DNA of 63,440 bases, counting the filler, from Octopus bimaculoides (taxonomy: Eukaryota), in assembly GCF_001194135.2 (NCBI RefSeq). It is 7 parts of 7 records of this genome, joined end to end, with 100 filler letters (N's around TTAATTAATTAA, not from the genome) between each part and the next. Parts side by side here need not be neighbours in the genome. Positions count along the whole stretch, not along the records: positions 12,662 to 34,392 come from NC_068988.1; 6 more parts are not named here. The stretch is one strand, 5' to 3'. Under the pieces are notes generated by a model, which saw only the letters and a program-made list of their open reading frames with translations, was not told the origin of the DNA and did no database searches. Positions 14,446 through 28,324 of the stretch are shown piece by piece. Made by a program: the position numbers and the translations under genes. The stretch's first letter is position 1. Each line of letters starts with the position of its first letter.

Positions 14446-14840
14446 ATACAAAGCCCAGTATACCCATCATGATTGCCCGTTTCACAAGTATGCACCAGGC
14501 ACATGCATCACGACCATATTTGCGCCACATGCTGATGTTGTATCAAGATAAACACAGCATGACCTTGCAGATAGGGCACAATAATAATTTTCTTCAGGTT
14601 GAATGAACCATCCTGCTCAAAATTCACTGAATAATGGTGGTTTAAGGATGTTGAAGAAACACACATGATTTACATGTGAATTATCCAAACCCCCAACAAT
14701 TCCTCTCAACATATGGCTATGATGTTCCTCATCTACCTCTGCTCAATTTCAGAGATTCACATATCGTCAGCCACTACTGGAAATGTTCAACTGGATAAGG
14801 TCAAACAAGTGACAAGCAAATCTGTGGTATTAAGCAGAAT
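14446..14840 (-). mobile_element. Same repeat, copy 2, tail-to-tail with copy 1
   Basis: The reverse complement reads attctgcttaataccacagatttgcttgtc...gggcaatcatgatgggtatactgggctttgtat. Confidence 0.75.
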
Positions 14841-14885
14841 GTTTGCCCATCGATTATACCAAGACAAATTATTATTATTATTATT

Positions 14886-14936
<51 letters not shown>

Positions 14937-14955
14937 ATTATTATTATTCTTCTTC

Positions 14956-14986
<31 letters not shown>

Positions 14987-14993
14987 AATAGCT

Positions 14994-15218
14994 AGGCGGC
15001 GAGCTGGCACGATCGTTAGCACGCAGGGCGAAATGCTTAGTGGTATTTCGTAGGTCTCTACGTTCTGAGTTCAAATTCCGCTGAGTTCGACTTTGCTTTT
15101 CAGCTTTTCGGTGTTGAGGAAATAAGCACCCATGAAACACTGAGGTCGATGTAATCGATTAGTCTCCTCCCCACAAATTTCAAGCCTTGTGCCTATAGTA
15201 GAAATGATTATTATTATT
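14994..15218 (+). mobile_element. tRNA-derived SINE, family S2, full length
   Basis: A-box-like TGGCACGATCG, B-box-like GAGTTCAAATTCC and an (ATT)n tail. Many further copies occur in the window. Confidence 0.85.
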
Positions 15219-15239
15219 AGTAGTAGTAGTCGTAGTATA

Positions 15240-15450
15240 ATTTACTAGTCTTATATTTAACACATCCTTTCACTGTACTACCAAGCGCAGCTATGTGTCC
15301 TTTGAGTATGTGCTCTGGTCTGTTATGTTGCTCTTATTTTTCCTGGATTGAAAATGTTTTACGCAGGATGCGGTGCCTACTAGTGCTATTTTCTGTATGT
15401 TATATACACTTGTTAGGCCTGGTGTTTTGTTATATATTTGTACAATGTCA
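15240..15450 (-). mobile_element. R4/Dong-type LINE family B, extreme 3' end
   Basis: KTPGLTSVYNIQKIALVGTA is the end of the RLE ORF. The 3' UTR (agcacatactcaaaggacacatagctgcgcttggtagt) matches 56110-56150, and the element ends in (TAA)n. Confidence 0.75.
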
Positions 15451-15452
15451 AT

Positions 15453-15499
<47 letters not shown>

Positions 15500-15534
15500 T
15501 AACACCAACAACAATAATAATAACAATAATAATA

Positions 15535-16260
15535 ATAGCAGCGCAAGACCAAGCTTTGTTCACAAACAGGGGTATCAAACTTGTGAATGAGGAAGTGTCT
15601 CCGCTGTGCTGCATCTGTAACAGAGTGGATGAAACCATTGCCTATATCATGAATGAATGTCCTAGACTTGCTCGAAACCACTACAAGTTGTGGCGACACG
15701 ATCAAGTAGCGAACGTGCTACACTAGAAAACTGCGAAAAACGGGATCTAGGCAGAGGCAAGACGTGGATTGAGCCCAAACTGTAGATAGTGGTAGAGAGT
15801 AGCAATATCCTCCAGGATTTCCCAATCCAAACAGATCAGGTGCTAAAACATAAGAGACAGGACCTAGTGGTAGTCGACAAGATCCATTACATGTGAATTA
15901 TAATTGATGCTGCTTGCCCGCTTTGACCCACGAATACTCAAGAAGGAAGGCGATAAATTAGATAGATACAACCCTCTTAAGTACGAAATAGCTCGGCTAT
16001 GAAAAATGAAGAAGTGAAGATAGTGCGAATCATTGTTGGATCATTTGGGACAGTATCAGAAGGCATCAAGCGGAATATATAGGAATTTCGAATACCCAGT
16101 AGAACTGCTAGAAAAGATCTGCTTCCTTGGCACAGCAAAGTATTAGAGAGCTGAGAAGAACGGATACCATGATAGTGTAGTTTGCAGGATGCAGGCCCGC
16201 TAAGAAAGCAAGTTTCCAGAAGTTCCAACAAAATCTGTAATGAAAAGAAAATCATAATTA
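15535..16260 (+). mobile_element. R4/Dong-type LINE family C, 5'-truncated: CCHC knuckle plus restriction-like endonuclease, frameshifted
   Basis: IAAQDQAL, then CCICNRVDETIAYIMNEC (degenerate CCHC), RHDQVA, KRQDLVVVDK and IIVGSFGTV. The element starts inside (AAT)n. Confidence 0.85.
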
Positions 16261-19200
16261 TTATTAAGATATCAATTCGGAGGATGAAACATTGAAGAAA
16301 TAACATATCCTAAAACAAAATATTAAAAAAAAATTTTGAACGCGAAATCACAGTACCGAAATGTTATGTGGTAGTGATCGCATTTTTAGAGGGAACGATA
16401 TTTCGGAGGATATTAACGGATACACAGTGTATAATGTGCGTTCATTCAGTTAAGATTTCCGAGAATATAAATGAACTCATTCAATAGATTGATATATTCG
16501 GGAAAGTCCTAAAACGTTATCAGATTTATTCCATAAATTGTATTCTATAGAGCATGTTTAAAAAATGTCTCAGTATGAATTAAAGAAATTTCTTTTGAGT
16601 TTCTGTTCTTATGTCACTTGATTTAATAATTTTGATCACTTGAACTGATGACAATTTGGTACATTAGTTTAACCTAAAAAAGCTGAGGAGCTACCAACAC
16701 CGATTGTTTCTTTTGTCTGTAATTTATCACTAATGAATTTGTTATATACGGAATCGATAAAAGATTGATATGCACCTGCTATTTATTTTACTGATATTCC
16801 ATATTCTTGTCTTCAAAAGTCTTCAATATATCATGTACCCCGATTTTCATATCGACTCCATTATCAAAATATTAATTCCATCTCCATATGTTATTATATA
16901 ATATACTATATATTATGCAACCTAAGCGGTTTTGTGAATTATGCACTAATTCCACAAAAGGATCTAAAAGTTACCTTAATTTGAACTGAGTTAAAAGTTA
17001 ACTTAATTCATAACAGTGCCTAAAGTACATACTACATAACTTATTGTAGCGTAGAGACTGATTGCACGAATCGTCAAAAGGATTATACTAAATTTCTGCA
17101 TGCGAAGCTATACTTTCCAGAGTTATCTCATAGTTGTCTCCCTTAATACCATCTGGTTCTTCTTTCTAAGTAGCTACAAATGCACTAGTTGGTATACAAA
17201 TCCGTGACCCGAAATGAATGATCATGTTTCATCTGTCGTTTAAAGCGAGGAATTTCTCTATAGCATTTCACTGGACAAATTTCTCATAAACATTTAAACT
17301 GATTTATAAATTTGTTTACGTAAAATTATGTTTTAAAATCACTATGTAACTTGTATCTCTGTTTGCATCTGTATAATTTGTTCAGGATTTCAAAAGTGAT
17401 TTTTAAGCCGTCTTTTAACGTAGTGCATGGAAAAACTTATAGTATTGTTTTGGAGTATATTATTCCAAAGCAAGATTATATCTTATAATGTGTATATATA
17501 TATATAAAAAAAAATCCATTCTTATTTCCTGCGATAATAAAATAAAGTTTTCCATACTCTACATATAACGCCAACTCCAGGTTTACATTGTTGTGGATAC
17601 ACATATATTATGTTAAACGAATTAATTTTCAATATAGCAACTAAGTTGTGTCACCACTGCGTATATCATAGTTTTAGATAATTCGAATATAATTTAGATT
17701 AATCAGATGCAACTTAACTTATTTTGATTGGAAAATACTTATGTGATTAAAATTTTATGAAAAGCTTGCGTTCATAAATCATGTAGTAACAAATGTACCA
17801 TACATTGTGCTATACTTTTTCAAATATGCTATTTGATATACAAAATAGTTATTGTATATTTCTTTAAGAATATTTAATTAAAGCTACATCAGATAATCGC
17901 AAAGTAATCTACGTATGCTATGAGTAAAGTTAAAAATGGTTTCTTCCTAATGTGTTCTGAAAGTCGTTAGGTTTATGCTTACAATGCGCAATTGCTTCTA
18001 TTAATCATTCTCAATAATGAATAATAGCGCTGTACAATTGTTTTATGTGAGCTCAGTAATGCATTACGTTAATTAATAATTTTGGGAACACTCTGCAGTA
18101 ATTTTAAATTTAGAAATAAAAAAAACCTGATTAATTCTAAATGGTAAATGAATAATTTTTAGTTATTTCAAATCTACATAGTAAATACTGCTTCTGGGGA
18201 AATGATTGTGCCAAAATAGCCTGTCACATGGGATAAAAATCGCCTGAAATTCGTTTTTAATATAAAATATTTTTCAGGGTCGCTAAAGTCGTACAGCAAA
18301 TGCAACAACCACCAATGTAACAGCTCACTGCGGTTACTATATTTGGTCCTCTGAGACATGTGCGCGATTAGGTAATCATGTTTACCACATACTAAAAGTG
18401 TAACAATATAATTTTGCAGTAGTCGCATGTTTATATGAATAAACATGCATAAATGTATGTATATATATATATATATATATATATNNNNNNNNNNNNNNNN
18501 NNNNNNNNNNNNNNNNNNNNNNNNNNNNNNNNNNNNNNNNNNNNNNNNNNNNNNNNNNNNNNNNNNNNNNNNNNNNNNNNNNNNNNNNNNNNNNNNNNNN
18601 NNNNNNNNNNNNNNNNNNNNNNNNNNNNNNNNNNNNNNNNNNNNNNNNNNNNNNNNNNNNNNNNNNNNNNNNNNNNNNNNNNNNNNNNNNNNNNNNNNNN
18701 NNNNNNNNNNNNNNNNNNNNNNNNNNNNNNNNNNNNNNNNNNNNNNNNNNNNNNNNNNNNNNNNNNNNNNNNNNNNNNNNNNNNNNNNNNNNNNNNNNNN
18801 NNNNNNNNNNNNNNNNNNNNNNNNNNNNNNNNNNNNNNNNNNNNNNNNNNNNNNNNNNNNNNNNNNNNNNNNNNNNNNNNNNNNNNNNNNNNNNNNNNNN
18901 NNNNNNNNNNNNNNNNNNNNNNNNNNNNNNNNNNNNNNNNNATATATATATATATATACATATATGTATGCATGTATGTAAACATATATATGAATATATG
19001 TATATATTAAATATATATGTATACACATATATTTATATATACTCATGCATGTATAATCATGCATATATAAATATATGTGTTTATGCATACGTACTTCCAT
19101 AAACACACACATAGAGGGTGCAGTAATTTGTAATTGCATATTGACGTCTTGGAAAAAAAAATCACTATTACATTTGGAGGCTTTCCAATTTGCGGATTTT

Positions 19201-19969
19201 ATTTCTAATTACATTGATGAGGTTTTGTAGATATTGTTCGATGAATTATTTTTGTCTTTCAATACTTTTTGTTGTTGTGTTATTTAAATAGCATTAATCA
19301 TTCTGATGCTTTATGTTTGAGATTTTTGTTTTCAATCATTCTACACTTTTTAGGCTGCAGTATTGAAGCCAGAGGCTCATTATATAAATGCTGCTATAAT
19401 TATATACATTCATCTATAGCTTTACCTAAAAATACGTAAATGCATAACTATAGGTCATATGCATGCAACCAATAAACGCATTTTTTCCAAAAAGAAAAAA
19501 AAAGGGAACGATTTACGAAAATGCAAATATTGTTTAGAGGCTGGTTGTATCAATAGAATATTGGAGCATATATCAAACTGACCCAAAGAGGAATGTTTGG
19601 ATCAGAATGGTAGCTTAGTAGTAATTATCACCTCATAAATAGACATACCCCCACCCCATAAGGAACTGCGAACAAACATTTAACAAACATCTTTGATTTT
19701 GACTATTGCAAGGGTAAAGAAATGATTCACAGATCAGAATTTAATCAATGTGTTTATACTCAATATAAATTTGAATTGCATATTTCATATGCATGATATG
19801 TCTGGAACATAAAACCAAACATGATGCATGAAGACTGTTTAGTTTTCTCATGTGCAAGCAAGTCATGCCACTGACAAACATTGTATGGATTTTTTCAAGT
19901 CAACAAAGATTTTCTGGTAGTACAGCAGCTGTAGGTTAGCTAGGTTCTGGATTTGCCACGGATACCCAG

Positions 19970-20292
19970 CTAATCATCGTGGTCATCCTCAGAGTCCGTC
20001 AGTTCTAATTCTGGTTCTCAGTTGAATTCAGGAGCTTGGTTGTCGCATGTTCGTAACTTGCACATCTGCGTATCTGAAGCTATTGCTGAGGCAGCTGCAT
20101 GCTGTTTTTTTCAAGGAACGCACACATTTATAGGACAAAAACTGAAGGACAGCATCCAGTGCAGATGAGCTGCGCATCCGAGCAATGGCGTGATAACTCT
20201 CCTCTCCTAACGTTCCACCACACTCAATGTTGCTCGGAACAAAAGTTTTGACCTGTAGACATCTCCAGATGTCAACTTGGTAGTTTGTACGC
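19970..20292 (-). mobile_element. Academ-like DNA transposon remnant (C-terminal Cys-rich/CXC domain)
   Basis: A frameshifted mosaic reads NYQVDIWRCLQVKTFVPSNIECG...ALDAVLQFLSYKCVRSLKKTACSCLSN / QMCKLRTCDNQAPEFN*EPELELTDSEDDHDD*. This resembles the Cys-rich tail that follows the XPG-like domain in Academ proteins. The assignment is from recall and has not been searched. Confidence 0.6.
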
Positions 20293-20642
20293 ACACACAT
20301 ACAAACACCCCCCCCTACACACACACACACATACATATCCGTATAAATATCCACTTTTACTAGGGATTCTGTGTTTTTATGTTTGGTTAAAAGTAAATAC
20401 AAGAGGAACAATTAATTATGTTCTTATTCAACATATTTTCTTTGCAGATTCTCACACTTATTGCAACTGTCCTTTAGTAAGTCCTGTAAAATAACTCGAA
20501 ATTTGGGCCTCCAGCCACGCCTTCAACGCGATGCCCTTAAAGCTAGGAATTTTTCAGAATCCTCTCGTATGTATGTATGTGTATTTTTCTGTGATCCTAT
20601 GTTTGGGTATATACATACAAACACATATTATGTGTGTGTGTG

Positions 20643-20695
<53 letters not shown>

Positions 20696-23600
20696 NNNNN
20701 NNNNNNNNNNNNNNNNNNNNNNNNNNNNNNNNNNNNNNNNNNNNNNNNNNNNNNNNNNNNNNNNNNNNNNNNNNNNNNNNNNNNNNNNNNNNNNNNNNNN
20801 NNNNNNNNNNNNNNNNNNNNNNNNNNNNNNNNNNNNNNNNNNNNNNNNNNNNNNNNNNNNNNNNNNNNNNNNNNNNNNNNNNNNNNNNNNNNNNNNNNNN
20901 NNNNNNNNNNNNATATATATATATATATATATATACAAATATATACATATATATACATGTATATATGTATGCATGTATATATCTATGTATGATTGTACTT
21001 CTGTACTTATATTTATCTATATAAAATTGTTGACGAAAAATAAGGGTTAATGGGAAAAGAAAAACGAACGAAATTATCTGTCATTACATATCAGTCCTCG
21101 TAATTATTGATTTCTAACATTGGTACAAGAGCAATCTCTTTGGTTAAGATATACTGAAAAAAACTAATCGATACCACTACGTGACTGTCACATTATTTTA
21201 TCACCCTCTGTTAAGATGAAAGACAATCTTTTTACCTCGAAGATATTTGAACAGAGAACGTAAACAACGCTGACTGAATACTTCAGCGTAAATTGTCTGC
21301 TATTCTAAAGAATCATTTTTATGCTTGTAGATTGATACGTTGCTATAAACCTGTTACATTGGCAACGTCCCTATTTGCTGTTAAAGCATTAATATAACTG
21401 ATAGGTGCACCACCACAGTAAAATTTTTCGAATCATCAGATCACACATAACTATGTCCAGGGACATGATTATTGGTGTTCTATTTCTGACCCTCTTTATT
21501 TCCAGTTTAATAAATATTATTTCTATACTGATGGGGCTTGTTGTTTTTGCAGCCTGAATAGATTTCTGGAGAGAGACGCATTTCGATAATTGTTGCAGCT
21601 CGATAGAGCACGAATTCAAATCCCAACTAGGTCATCATTGCTTTTTTTCAAGTCTCGTACCGGAGTCAAGTACTGGAATCAATGATATCGACTAATTCCT
21701 TTCTCGAATTTGCTGATCCTGTGCCTAAATGCAGAATTATATTGTGTAACAAAATTTTCTACTTTTACTTTTGCCTGTGTTATTTCTTATTTGTTTCTAT
21801 CTAAAAATCAAGAGGAAATGAATACTATTCCCTCCAAGCTTTGCTTTTGTGACCTGGACATTAATGTTTTGAAACTGACCTATTTTCCATTACATTTCAG
21901 ATAGATTCAGCGTTGAGCTGCTGAAACAGAAATATCATTATAACAAATATTCTGCTCATTAACACAGGCTGATTTGTCAGTCGCCTGACGTTAATCACGT
22001 GAGCATGCCCCTTAATGACTGATAGTAATAGCCATGTATTGTGAGGGATTCTTTGGTATATGAATAAATATCGTAACAAAAGCAAAGTTTGAAGGAAGTG
22101 TTAGTCATTTTTCATACTTTCTAGATGTAAGAAAATAGGAAATCACAACGTCTATGTCAGAATAAAAATCGTGTTATACACTGTTATTCTTATGTCGCCG
22201 ATCTAGCCTAGTAGTAAGGCAGTCGGTAAAATATCTTGTCATATTTTGCTTTACAGTTTACTAACTCAGTTCATATCCAGTCAAAGTCTTCGCTTGTCAT
22301 CATTTTATGATTGAATTAGGTACCACTTAATTACTATGGAAATCGATGGTAAGAACCATCTTCTCCCTTCAAATTTGATGGAACGTGCCGTTATTTCTAA
22401 GATATTATTTCTAAGACTAGAATATCGAAAGCAACATTTATTTTTTAAAAAGTATTGTTAAATTTGACGGAAATTTCTTCACGCATCCAGCAGATAACCT
22501 GTTCTTTGGTTTGACAATTATTTACCCATGTCATATTCTGTTTGGATATTACGTTTTCATATAAATCACGATTAAGTATCTTTGGATATTCCTAAACGGT
22601 GTGCAAAAGACAATCTCAAGTATCCGGATTTGGTGGCGTTTATTCATACCGAAACTAAATGTAATCACATAGCTTACCTATAATTTGGATAAATTGTTTT
22701 AAAACTTTGCCGACAATCTTCATTTCGTCCATGAATATACCTTCGGTTAGTACTGATACATCCAAATAATTCAGAAAATATTTGAAGGTAGTATTCATAA
22801 TCAGGTGCGAAAAATATGCATAATTATAGAATTTGTGTGGAATATACGATTCTTTTCGAAAATATTATACTAAAGTACATTTTTAAGTTAATTTTACTAT
22901 GTTTCTAATTAGTGACAGTTTCCAATGACCTTATTACAGTGTAGCATATTCTCAGTTATTTTGCCATAAGCCAAAGAATCCGAATTTCTAGAAAGCTTTT
23001 ATATAATTTATTGCCAACATCCAGGGAAAAAAAATTACCGTTTATGCAATATTTCAGCCGCATATTTGCAAAATATTTTCAAAAGTGTTACGTGTAATAC
23101 GGAACACACATATATTCATACACATTTATTTTTAGAGATAACATGATCTGTGCACATGGAGAAGATGCTAATTCCTGGAGTGGTTCACATATGTTCCTAC
23201 GATACAATGTGGATGTCACAATTCTGTCAAGCGACATATTAGAAATAGCCGACAAATCTCCCTCAGCCCCAATCGTCTGAACATTAAAACTAAAGTATTG
23301 AATAGGGGCATTCTGGATGCTGTCTCCTTGATAACTAGGCGGGATGCCCGTTGCTCGAACGTTCTATTTACCATAGGTTTATTGCATTAAAGCCCAGTCT
23401 ACGCGTACATAATCTCCAGGTTACTTAAGTATACGCAGTCACACATCTTTCCAGTAAAAGCAGTCAAAATCTCATATATTAAACATATCACCTTTAAAGA
23501 CGAATAACATATGTACTCTTAGATACCGACTATATAACTAGATATAAATAGACGAAGTAGTCATAGATACAGAAATAAGAAACGTGATGGTCATGTCTGG

Positions 23601-24747
23601 CTAGGATTTACTAGTTCATTTATTAGCTCTATCGAAGCTGACATGAGTCTAATCAAGCTCAGCAATTACAACAACAACAGCAACATGTCACCGCTGTAGT
23701 TTATAAGATAATTAGGTAATTGGCCAATAAAAAAATCTCCTTACAGCTCTTATATCTTCTCATAGCTCTGCTATAGAAATATGATGCGTTTGTTGTGTGT
23801 AATTTTCTAAGACAAGCTATTTAAAGAAGAAGACTTCAATAGTGCCCCTTATCATTGGACGCGCATTTTTTTTATCAATAGTGCAGCGATTTTCTTTCAA
23901 GCTGGCTGAAACACTGCAATCTAGATAAATATCTGTCAGAGTAATGCTTTCATCCCTGTTTGAAATCAGAAACATATCAATTTTTCCTATAGGGTAGTTA
24001 GTCTATAGATTTTATATTTCTCAAGAGTGGAAGCAGATCAAACGAAACTTACGCTCTTTTTCTCTTCCAGGGAGCCACGAAAAAAAATCGATACGTTGTT
24101 TGTAACAAGTAGATTAGATCTTACAACATGGGATATCAATTTAATATATTTGGTTATGAAATGGCGATGATAATAGCTGAGATACTAAAGCGTTCAAGGA
24201 AATGCATTAGAGTATTTAGTTAACAGTCGGTGTGCACTTAATGCATTACTGTATTTAATGTAGGTTCTATAAGTTGTACGTTCAAATGCTATTTGAATAT
24301 ATTGCGTCCTTTATCACTTTACTCTAGATAAAATAAGTAACAATACATATATGATGATCGATTTAATCAAGAATACAACTTTTCTTGTTAAACGTAACTT
24401 TATGGCAGGTTTCAAGCGGTGAATTAACATAAAAAGGGAGAGCACTGCACTAAAGATTTTTACGTTGCTTTTTTATAATGTAAGTGTCATTTAAGGTTCC
24501 AAGTTCGATTTCTGTAGAGTGAAATAATTTTTATAACATGCTTATTCAGTGCTCATGAAACGTACTGTACCACCTTCTTTAACACGATCAACGTGACCAA
24601 CGTAACCTAAGCTAGTGACTTGCTAAATTTTGTAGTGAAATTGCAGTGCAATGACTAAGACAACTTACTTTTTTCCATCAAGGGTTTATATGCCCCATTA
24701 TCAGACTATTTTCTTTAGTCATTGCACGGTAATCGCTTATAAGATTT

Positions 24748-25089
24748 AAGCTTGCTTCCCAATCATGTGCTTTCGGGCTCGGTCCCACTGCATGGCACAT
24801 TAGGCAAGTATCTTCTACTATAACTTCTGGCCGACCAAATCCCTGGAAGTGGATTTGGTAGATGGAAACTGAAAGAAGCCCGTCGTATTTATGCAGGTGA
24901 ATATATTTGTATCTGTGTTTGTACGCCGACCATCGCCTGACAATCAATGTTGGTGTGTTTACGTCACCGTAACCTAGCGGTTCGGCAAAAGATACAAGTA
25001 GAATAAGTACTAGGCTTACAAAGAGTAAGTCCTAGTTTCGATTTGTTCGATTAAAGGCGGTCTCCCTGCATCGCCGCAGTCAAATGACA
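24748..25089 (+). mobile_element. tRNA-derived SINE, family S1, near full length
   Basis: Head (cttgcttcccaatc...ggtcccactgc), core (gtggatttggtagatggaaactgaaagaagcccgtcg) and tail (aataagtactaggcttacaaag...gcagtcaaatgac) are all shared with more than 10 copies in the window. Confidence 0.85.
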
Positions 25090-25129
25090 TGTGTGTGTGT
25101 GTGTGTGCGTGTCTGTGTGTGTGTGTGTG

Positions 25130-25782
25130 TAGTTGAAAGTTACAGAAAAACTAAAAAGAAATACATGCGTATAAACAAAAAGCAGGTGTATTAGTTTGAC
25201 GCTCGGGAAAAGAATAAGAGAAAATAAACAAAGAGAGAATAAAAGAATTAGTGGATTTAGCGATCAACCATGACCACTAGTTGGGAAAAAAAAGTTTTCA
25301 CTAGAGAGGTAGAAAGAAGGGGAGATAATAATGTATTGGCAAACCCAAAATGAAGCTGCGTATGCATTTGTGTGTATATGAGAATGTGTAAATGTGAGTG
25401 TGCGGGTAGGGGCTAGTGGAGGTGTGGCCGTAGGGGTAGGGTATGTGGGATTGCGGAGGGGTCATCAATGAATAGAGAAAGTGAGTAGGAGTGAAGAGAG
25501 TAAGTAGGAGTCAGAGGAAGAGAGCAGAGGAGAGGAAAGGTGGGTAGGAGTGAAGAGAGGAAGTAGGCGTCAGAAGAAGAGAAGAGAGGAGGGGAATCAG
25601 ATGAAAAGGGGAGAGAAATTGAGCCCATGTGGCGCAAAGGATCGAAAAGAAGATATATTCCTGTTCAAGGCGAAAGCGGGAGTCCGGATGACCCCCGTGC
25701 AAAGACAATCCGAACGCAAACAGGTGTTTTAGTGAATGACCGGTAGAGCGGAAATGGCGCGGGACCGGATTGGCATTGCCAA

Positions 25783-25783
<1 letters not shown>
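25130..25783 (-). mobile_element. Penelope-like element 3' end (GIY-YIG endonuclease C-terminus plus terminal region)
   Basis: NPVPRHFRSTGHSLKHLFAFGLSLHGGHPDSRFRLEQEYIF matches the PV.RHF...HS...R...E..LIF tail of Penelope GIY-YIG domains. The reverse complement of 25190-25210 (ttcccgagcgtcaaactaata) matches 39735-39755. Confidence 0.75.
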
Positions 25784-25819
<36 letters not shown>

Positions 25820-26738
25820 CCAAAAGGAGTTTCCCAAATCATAAGCTCATAAGTAAAGCCACTTTCCTGAAATCTGTGGTATATGTGTATGGAGTATATA
25901 TTCTCCCCACCGCCTGAAAAGTATATCGGTCTCTTCCAGGATTACTCTTTTTTGTCACTTGAGAGGAATGGAGTGGATCAACTTGGAATCTTATGTTTTC
26001 CTGAAGAACACAACGCATTGTCATCTCCAATAATCAAAACCACAATTTTACGATCATAAATGCAGCGCACAAACAACTGACCCACGTGCCTCCAAATACT
26101 CACAAACACATACCAACACGCACACACACACACACACGCACACACTGAAACACATGTGATTGGGGTGTGCGTAATTAAATATACATACATACATACATAC
26201 ATACACACATATATCTACATAGAAAAATGTGTGTGATCGCGCGGGCATGTGAGTGCGTATGTGTGCGGGCTAAACTGGGGCCGACATTTAGGTACAGTAG
26301 TATAAAAGTATAGAAGATGAGTGCAAAATATATCTTCTATCATTGTTCAGAGTTCGGCATTTTACCAGTTTTGCTTTCTGGAAGAACCAATTTTAACTGA
26401 GGAAATGGAGAATTCCCGAGTTCTAAGAGAAACCTATACATTTGTACCTGCTTTCATATCTCTGAAATTGATCAAATATTTCCAATACACTATTAGCCAT
26501 CATTTATATATCGCACACGCGTACACGTGCAACATACGCCCTCGCATAAACTCGTTCATCATTATGTATGATTGGATCTACATTTGTGAGTTATGAAGTT
26601 AAAATGAAATATACTTAACATCATGGACGTACGTCTGTGCATAGATATTAGATCGTGTCTATAAGTGTACGTGAATATGTACACAGGCACACAATCACAC
26701 ATACATACTTATGTACACATACATATAATATACGCATA

Positions 26739-26776
<38 letters not shown>

Positions 26777-27304
26777 NNNNNNNNNNNNNNNNNNNNNNNN
26801 NNNNNNNNNNNNNNNNNNNNNNNNNNNNNNNNNNNNNNNNNNNNNNNNNNNNNNNNNNNNNNNNNNNNNNNNNNNNNNNNNNNNNNNNNNNNNNNNNNNN
26901 NNNNNNNNNNNNNNNNNNNNNNNNNNNNNNNNNNNNNNNNNNNNNNNNNNNNNNNNNNNNNNNNNNNNNNNNNNNNNNNNNNNNNNNNNNNNNNNNNNNN
27001 NNNNNNNNNNNNNNNNNNNNNNNNNNNNNNNNNNNNNNNNNNNNNNNNNNNNNNNNNNNNNNNNNNNNNNNNNNNNNNNNNNNNNNNNNNNNNNNNNNNN
27101 NNNNNNNNNNNNNNNNNNNNNNNNNNNNNNNNNNNNNNNNNNNNNNNNNNNNNNNNNNNNNNNNNNNNNNNNNNNNNNNNNNNNNNNNNNNNNNNNNNNN
27201 NNNNNNNNNNNNNNNNNNNNNNNNNNNNNNNNNNNNNNNNNNNNNNNNNNNNNNNNNNNNNNNNNNNNNNNNNNNNNNNNNNNNNNNNNNNNNNNNNNNN
27301 NNNN

Positions 27305-27342
<38 letters not shown>

Positions 27343-28324
27343 TTATATGTATATATATGTGTGTGTGTATGCATGTATGTACGTGCGTGTGTATGCCCGA
27401 GTATGCGCATGGATGTATGTAAACGATTGCGTATTCACTTCCTTCTTCACAGAATAGAAATCTATTTTATCTCAACGCATCGTAATTTTCAATAACCGCT
27501 TCTGGCTTCCATCATCTTCATACTTCTCATTTTTCTTTCATTCTAATTTTATATATTATAATATTATTTATTTACTTCTCTAATATTCTCATTTCGACAT
27601 TTCTCTCCAACTATCTTAATAAACTATTCTTTGATCCGCTCCACAGCAAACCATATCGTATAATATCTATTTTCTCTGGCAAATTCCAACCTTTGATTTT
27701 TACCGATTTTCTTAGTGTACTTTGCTTTCTTCAGTCTTAGAAACAAACAAAAAAAAGTATTATTTTCTTAACCAAAATAGAAAAGATAAATTTCAGTTCT
27801 CTTGTACATTTCTTTTTGCCTTTTGTATTCCTGTATCTCGCTGTCTCTCGTATTTCTTTATTAGGTAATTCCATATAAAAATATTATTGAGCGGATGCCA
27901 ATATAATGAGGTCATGTAGTTTAGTGGAAAGTGTATGACTGTTGATTAGATCCATCTCTATCCATTACTTGTAGAGAATTAGTGAGAGCTGTTCTAAATT
28001 ATATTCTCGATAAGGTGTATCACATGTCTTCCAAAAAAAGAACAGCCCTCTACGTTTTCAGGAATCCATTGATAAAATTTGCCCATGTATTCAGGGCAAG
28101 ATGTCTTTATTTTCGTTAGCGTTAACATCAGTGTCACCAACATCAGTACACCACTACAATTGTCATTATCGTCGTCAACAACAACATCAACAGCAATAAC
28201 AACGACAATAACAACAGCAATACAAACAACAGCAACAATCATAGCTGCAGCAGCAGTAACAACAAGGCATCAGACGTAACAACCAAATCCAAAGAATAAA
28301 TGGTTCGTATAAGGTATAATATAA

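Noticed and set aside
22410-23290. Possible very old mariner remnant (LDRIVT-like codons near 23230; also RRIVTGD near 11790)
   Set aside because: Too decayed to support by eye; it needs a profile HMM search.
25630-25783. CpG-rich patch with CGGAAATGGCG, resembling an ETS/YY1 promoter
   Set aside because: Better explained as the antisense of a Penelope GIY-YIG coding remnant.
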